Below are positions 57,201 through 64,000 of a DNA stretch of 64,000 bases, piece by piece (positions within the stretch are counted from its first letter, which is position 1; each line of letters opens with the position of its first letter). The notes under the pieces were generated by a model. That model was not told where the DNA came from, ran no database searches, and worked only from the letters and a program-made list of their open reading frames with translations. Position numbers and translations under genes: made by a program. The DNA is taken from positions 12,958,520 to 13,022,519 of the forward strand of contig CM082578.2 of assembly GCA_040954595.2 (NCBI GenBank), read 5' to 3'. The stretch is from Balanoglossus misakiensis. Taxonomy: Eukaryota; Animalia; Hemichordata.

Positions 57201-60200
57201 GCATATAATGATGTCAATGTCGGCAAATTTCACAGTAGATTTCCAGCCTGGAAAAAATACTGCATGTCAACTAATTATTCATTTTAGTTTTGGCATTTCT
57301 CACGAATACAAAAAGAAATCTATTAGTTTTCTGAAGGACTTACATTGTTGTCGTTTTTCCGTAGCTATGCTGTGCAATGTACCTTGATAAAATTGATAAA
57401 TATCACTATATATTGGAAAATGGTAAGGCCCCTTAGGAAAACCAGCTTCAGTATGAAACAATTCAAATTTCCTCCATTTCAATTACTGCCGTCATGTTTG
57501 TTCTTAACATACATTATTTCACTGAATTCACAGGTAATTAATATGTAAAATTGATAAATCTCTTAAGTGAAGGTATTGTGTTGGTATTTTGTAAGTCCAT
57601 CACTGCAGCTTACCATAGGATGCTAATCCATAGTCCTCCTGTTAGTGCCCCAGTAGAAGTGACTTCTTTCTGACCAAACTCACAAAATAAATACTCTTAT
57701 GAAAAGGCCACACTGTCCTCCCTGAAATAATCATTACTTGATGAAATTTCAGGCTGAGAACATGAAACATGTGGGCTAACTTTAAATTTGTAATATTTGC
57801 CTCAAGGTAACATGACTGGTATTTGTCAGTATAATTAAAATATATATAATCAGACACAAAGTTTGCTTTTATTGTTATGATTTTAAAACTTAGGGTATAT
57901 TATTTAGCTCCTGTGTATGTTGATAAAAGGTTCATATTTTATATCAGTATATAAATTCACATATCAGCACTAACTCAGCATAGGTGACTATAGATTTAGC
58001 ACTGCAGACAAAAAATTACCAGAGAGGGCCCCTAATTACTTTCAATAATACCTATACTTGGACGCAATAATACTGATATTTCATTTATCAGGGTTTTCAG
58101 ATGAGACTGAAGGAATTCTGAGTAAATGGACGGATTATTTTGCTGAAATAATTGATGAGTGTTGGGATGGCAGAGCCTGGATGATCCCTTTAGTTCTGCT
58201 TTGCACAATACCCATTTAATTACAGCTGTGACATTACACAATGAACTGCCACAAATACTGCACGGTTTTCAATAGAAATATGGATGAATGCCTGTCACCT
58301 CCCATTTTTGTGGAGATCCGGGTGATTCTTGGAACTGAGGTCTCTGCCCCCTTTCCACTCTCTTTGGCTTCGGGCAAGTGAATGTAATAATATAGCGGGG
58401 ATTGTTTATGGCTGTTGTGATGACGACGACATTCTAAAGTAATGTGGATTGGAGCTCTTGGAAATGAAATCTTGATGATAGAATTTTTCATAGGGATTTA
58501 ATGTCTCCTGCAAACGGCAGATGTCCTGTTAGTTAACACAACTATATAAACACTTGAATGAGGGAAATGTTAATTTACAGATGAAACAGAATGCATGATA
58601 AAATTAATCGCTTACATTCAGTTGACTTTGTCATGAAGCATTCAAGAGTAACAGCCATAGCAACCGTTGCCATGGTATCATAACTGTCATTTTAATTAAA
58701 ATTAAAAAAAGCCTTCACAAGAAAAGACGAGTCGATATCATTACAATTAAGGTATGTATTTCACTAAATAGTTTGAATTTTTGTAATGAAGTGGTAACTT
58801 GTGGGTGTGACTGGGCGTATTGACATTGTGAGAGAACCCAACCTCTCGATGACAGTAGATATTTGGTGACATTTCCGCCATGCACAAGTTGACACCCTTT
58901 CCTCTTCCGTTTAGCTTATTCACACAGCTGAGACATTGCATTTATCTTTTAGCCAACCGGTTCTGAATGCAAATGAAAGTAGAAGGGGAAAAAGAAGTCT
59001 TTGTTACTTGTTTTCGTGGGCTCTTTTGTCATCAGGGGGTGGCTGACCTTGTTTAGAGTAGTCCAGGGGTGAGTTTTTTTGTTTTTTTTTTTGGGGGGGG
59101 GGAGGTCTGATTCCTGGGTGCAAGCAGCCTGCACTCTGTGTGGGAAACATGATTACTAGCTCTGAATGAAGTATATATGTACCTATATACTGATCTTTTT
59201 CATAATTTGCTTGTGACAGATTGATGGGAAGTTCATTTTTGTCGTTTTTCAAGCCCAATCGGAGTGGGATAAAGCCTTCTGAAGTTCTGTTATTAAGCTG
59301 ACTCACACACCTTACCCCACCTACTTTGTAGCTTATGTACATTTACGTAACCTATGTAATCCCAGCTTGCCTCACTGTCCTACACAAAAGAGACCCCGCC
59401 CTATAAACCCAAAACAGTGACAGTTATATGCAGTCTGCAGATCCGATGAGGAAGCCTTCTGAGAAATTGGCCAGTTATGTTTCCTTATATGTTGACACTT
59501 CTTGTGTTGTAAACAACACAAGACTACATACAATGTACATGATTGTAGGATATGGTCACAGCAATACAATTTTGTAAACTGAGTAATTCTAATTTGTCGG
59601 AAGTCTTGTCTTGAAGATGTGCGGTGGATCTTGTGTCATGAAACGCAAAGGAAATGTTTTGCAGTTTGTTAAGGAAACATAAATATACTTCAAATATTAA
59701 ATGAAACTATATGTTGAAACAATATATTACCTCAGATCCTGTTAGGTGTACTAGTTTCAGTTCAGTTGTTTTTTGCTGTAAGTCATATATGTCAAATTTA
59801 TCAGACATGGATCTCTGTTCTTATTATTCAGAGCTTGTCTGCGAAGGTGAAATACAGTGACATATCATAATACATTTCCGTGACTGCAATTTCTGATCAT
59901 GTCTTTCCTGTCCATCGGGATATTTGCACCTTACATGGAAAGGTATTCAGAAAGATTATCATTTAATGTGTTCAAACACCTCTTCAGCAATCTTTTGAGA
60001 TTTCAAGACACGCCCCTTTATCAGCTCTATCGCAAAGCAAATGGACTAAATCTCAAAAAGTTTTGCACTATGCAGTCACTCAGCGTTGACATGATCTAAA
60101 GTAAGAACCGGGCAGTGAAACCCATCTCTTTTAAGTAGAAAAACCCAGCAGTTAATGGTACACATCACTCTTTCTCTGCTGATAGTGGTCTCAGCAGATT

Positions 60201-63200
60201 GTTTTCAATGATGGAGATGGACCACTGTACAGTGAACAGGGGTGAAAAAGGTTAACTTAATTAATTAATTCATTCATTTAGGATGAGTTATGAAATTTTT
60301 AATCTGTCCATCTTTGTGTTAAAATTTATCCCTCCACAATGTTCTAGTTCCAGACAAGCTAAAAAACTCTAATCTACCCAAACCTTCATGTGAATTTTAT
60401 CGTACAAGCAATTGAAATGCTTGGCAAGCTGATTCCAACCCATTGAGGTTGAATCTTGTGTAACAGATGTCCCACGTAGCATACAAATTTCCCCACTTTC
60501 AGAAATGACCGCACAATCATCCAGTGTTTAACCTCTCTGTTTTTATTTGACTTGTATGTATTCATTTGAATGGGCCTTTCTGTCTGTCACATGGCCTTTC
60601 AGTACGCTGTATATTGTTAAAGCAATACTTTTGTTCATATTCTAATTCCGGTTATTTTTCAACTTTTACAGAAATTAAATTGTGATACTGCGTATACGTG
60701 TACATGGAAACTGCCCCAATATAACATTGATACATGAATTAAAGTTCAATGTGTCACAAGATAAATGCCATCGACAGTGTCATATCACATTATCTGATGC
60801 ACCATCGGTCATAAAAGGACAACCTAAAAAGCCTGTACTAGTATTATTTGGGAGTAATTAGCGTGTGGACACCCACACAGTGTAAACTAAATTGTCTATC
60901 TGTGGGTGGGTCTGAATTCACATAGAAATCAAGGTAATGATGTTCACAACTGTTGAGGTCACAGTTCCTGTCTCGTGTTCGCTGGAGCAAAGGTCAAGTT
61001 GTCATCTGCTAAAAGAAATGTCAGTTATGCTGTGTTGTCTGACAGTTTATCTTGGCCTCGGATTTAACCTAAAAAATTCATATATGACAAAGATAAATTG
61101 TCTGTCCTATTTTCTATGATGTGACCCTGACCTAATTAATTGTGGAGAGGGAATTTTCTATTCGTATTCACTGACTTCTCCTCCATGCAGTGTCAAGGAT
61201 AGGAAAGGAAGTGTTAACCCTTTGTCCATGCCGGTATTTCTAGTCTATAAAATTAAAATTCATGGACTGTGCGTAACATTTGTCCTTCATTCAGCTCTCT
61301 TGGCCCAACCTTGTATCTTTCGCCATTCAAGATGAACCTGTGTTCAGTATCACAGGGTGACCAATGTTAATATCAAGTGCGTTTCGATCGTCTAAACATT
61401 CAGGAATTAACGTTGAAGCAACTGTCTGCCAAAGCCTGTCATCTCGTGTTGTTAGTTAGACATTGATGTTTTCTGTGACCTGAACTGGATTCACACAGAC
61501 GAGAATTAAAAATAACCGATTCCAGGCTACATGTAGTTCATATGTAGTTCATTGATACAAACTATCAAAGCTGGACATTTCAATTTTTTCTGTATTTATT
61601 TAGAATTATATATATTAAAAACTGCTCTGGCATATTCAACTTTACTGTCACCATACGTCACACAATAAGGAACCATTGTGTGTCAAAACCTTTTAGTGCA
61701 TTGCTACTCACCGAGTACAAGTGAATTGTTCGATTAAGTTTGAAAGTTCATGGCTAGTTTTCTGAGTGGAATTTGTTTATCACTGACCAGCTTAGGCACA
61801 GACATTGAAATCTTCCAGAAGTTGTCTGACATCTGATAAAATCAGATGTCGAGATGTGGTCAATATTTTAAATTAAATGCAGTGTGTTGATGACAAATCA
61901 AGGTGTAAATTGATGCTTTTTCAGTCAGGAAGGAACTTGCTGGCCCATATTTTCTGGCGATTTATACTAAAACTGTTATCAAAGTATGAAAATTGAATTT
62001 ATCTCCTCGCATCTGTACATGCATTTATGCAGTGGGTGTTAAGTGAAACCAAGCATATGCCAATGACATCATGGATCAGATGGAAGTCTGTATGACCTCT
62101 GCAGAATTCAGATTGCATTTCTCATAATTGCATGTTCGTTGCATATACATGTCGAAGGGTTAATTTGCTGACTTGGCAAGAGTCACATTTCAACAAAGGC
62201 TGCTGGCAGTGTTTTCATTTGCTAAATGCGCTGTTAAGGTGATAAAAATCCCATCAGGACAACTTTAATTTATGGAATATCATGTCGGATTTTTTGTGAG
62301 ACGGTCATCCCTTTGGTTGTGTGTAGACATAGTGATGTGTGGAAGCAGCCAGTGTTCTGTGCTGTGTGAGAGTGACGTCACCTTCAGACATGATCGGCCG
62401 AGAAAACCATCCTGCACTTGCATGCAGATATGGTTTGTTTAGACTTATTCACAGCAGTCCACACACGCATGTCTGCACTCTGTGATGGGACCATGAATAC
62501 ACTACACTGTCTGCATGATGAGTGACGCCTATCCTCTGTTCTTCCCATGGCATGTCTGTGTTCAAGATTTCTACTTACAGATTTTGCAAGGCATAGAAGG
62601 TCTAGATGTGAATGAGGCATTATTAGATCACAAATCTTGTTCACACATCTATGAAGGACCTTGTCATGGCTAAAATAACCCTCTCTTGTGATTATGGCAG
62701 ATTTGGTCTGTGTTCCCACTTTCATTAGAAGCCAGTGGATGACTTTTGATGGATCGCCCTGCAATTGAGTTTTGCATTCAATGGACACGGTAGTGAAGGA
62801 AGTTGACAAGAGCATACTGAAGTTGAACAGTGACCATCTCAGGAACATGCCTCTGAGCTGACACAGTTAGCAAATTGGGGTAATACATGTAGTATCATCA
62901 GATAAGAAAGTCAGTCATCACTGTGGAACAACTCATCCATCAGTATCAAAGAATGCTGTTGCTATCGTCATCACAGAGTAATTCTCACAGATTACAGGTT
63001 GTTTTTGTTGACAACTTCCAGCTAACTTTTTGGAAGTTGATCTTAGCTCCTCTGATAATGACGTGCCGTTGCTATGGCAATTCCTCTCTTGTATCTCGGC
63101 ATATTGGTTTATGCAGGATTTCCTATTCAGATCTCTCTCATAAAGAACACAATTATTGGACTGCAAACTATATTTAGCTGCTGACTCTAGAAAGGTCTAT

Positions 63201-64000
63201 ATCCAAGCGTAGATGGAGGTCACTGTCTTGCTGAGTTTATTCATGACCATGTGCCACATCGTGCTCCAGCGCTGTGTACAGTCTGTATAACATTTAGTTT
63301 TCTTGTCTGCTGTTTTTCTCCGTAGTAGAGTAGGAAGTGAAAAATAAGAAATTTATGACTTGGGTTTAGACATGTACGTGTACTGGTATTTGAAAGCAGC
63401 TTGAGATGAAGTGAAGTGTGTTATTCTTCCTCTTTCACTGTGCATTGTCGTGATTTCACCGAGGGTCGCACAGGGGACATTTCCTGAATCCGGAACTGCA
63501 GTGCAGACATTAGGGGCAGTCCTTGCCCTGAACCCCCCGAGTGATGTCAAGCAGTGATCTCTTGGGCCATGAAATCCTTGTTATGTGGTACATGCTGGAA
63601 AGAATATTACTCTAGAAGTGAGATTTTTATGTGTCCAGTCTCAAGTTAAGCTCACTTCAAGACCCTTTGTGTTTTCGCTTTCTCTTGGTGGACCGAAGTG
63701 TCTTGGAAGTGCTCTCCTAAAGGGTTCACAAACACACTTGATATGATAAATACAATTTTATGTTGTAACACAGGCATGCAAGGTATAGTGCTGTGGACTT
63801 TCATTAACTCAGTACCAACTCCTACACCATTGTAACTCTCTGCACTGACTGTAAATGTAATGATGTAAGCAGCCTCCCATTGTGTTCAGGCCCGCATTGT
63901 CAGTAAAAACAGCTGCTTGCAAACCAACACTAATCTTTTATTCCGTTCTCTTATTCACTACCTACTTGTACAGTGGTACTCTACTGAAAGCAATCATTTT

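Noticed and set aside
61828-61850. Perfect 10-bp inverted repeat GACATCTGAT-AAA-ATCAGATGTC
   Set aside because: Isolated, with no TSD; plausible by chance in 64 kb.
54215-64000. Many 60-150 aa ORFs in the last 10 kb and in ATXN7 intron 3
   Set aside because: No domain motifs or consistent splice structure; treated as intronic noise.

Overview
Intron-rich animal genomic DNA, probably an invertebrate bilaterian; the species cannot be fixed from sequence alone. I hand-spliced five protein-coding genes using GT-AG sites and exon-phase checks: an ataxin-7 family gene (+, 2330-22005, 12 exons, 1063 aa, with a 13.6 kb intron), WASH1 (+, 28337-30199), CCDC77 (-, 35434-32323), KDM5/JARID1 (+, 36508-50888, 28 exons, 1830 aa, head-to-head with CCDC77), and the first two coding exons of a probable IQSEC/BRAG Arf-GEF (+, from 53690; no further exon was identified in the window). 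The strongest hidden signal is three near-identical 135-nt box H/ACA snoRNAs, one each in KDM5 introns 17, 18 and 22. Their pockets fit the two large-subunit rRNA uridines guided by SNORA65 (U65)/yeast snR34. The WASH-CCDC77-KDM5-IQSEC block recalls human 12p13.33. The window also holds small non-autonomous transposons, candidate alternative exons, uORFs and regulatory motif clusters. All homology calls are from recognition and memory; no database search was run.
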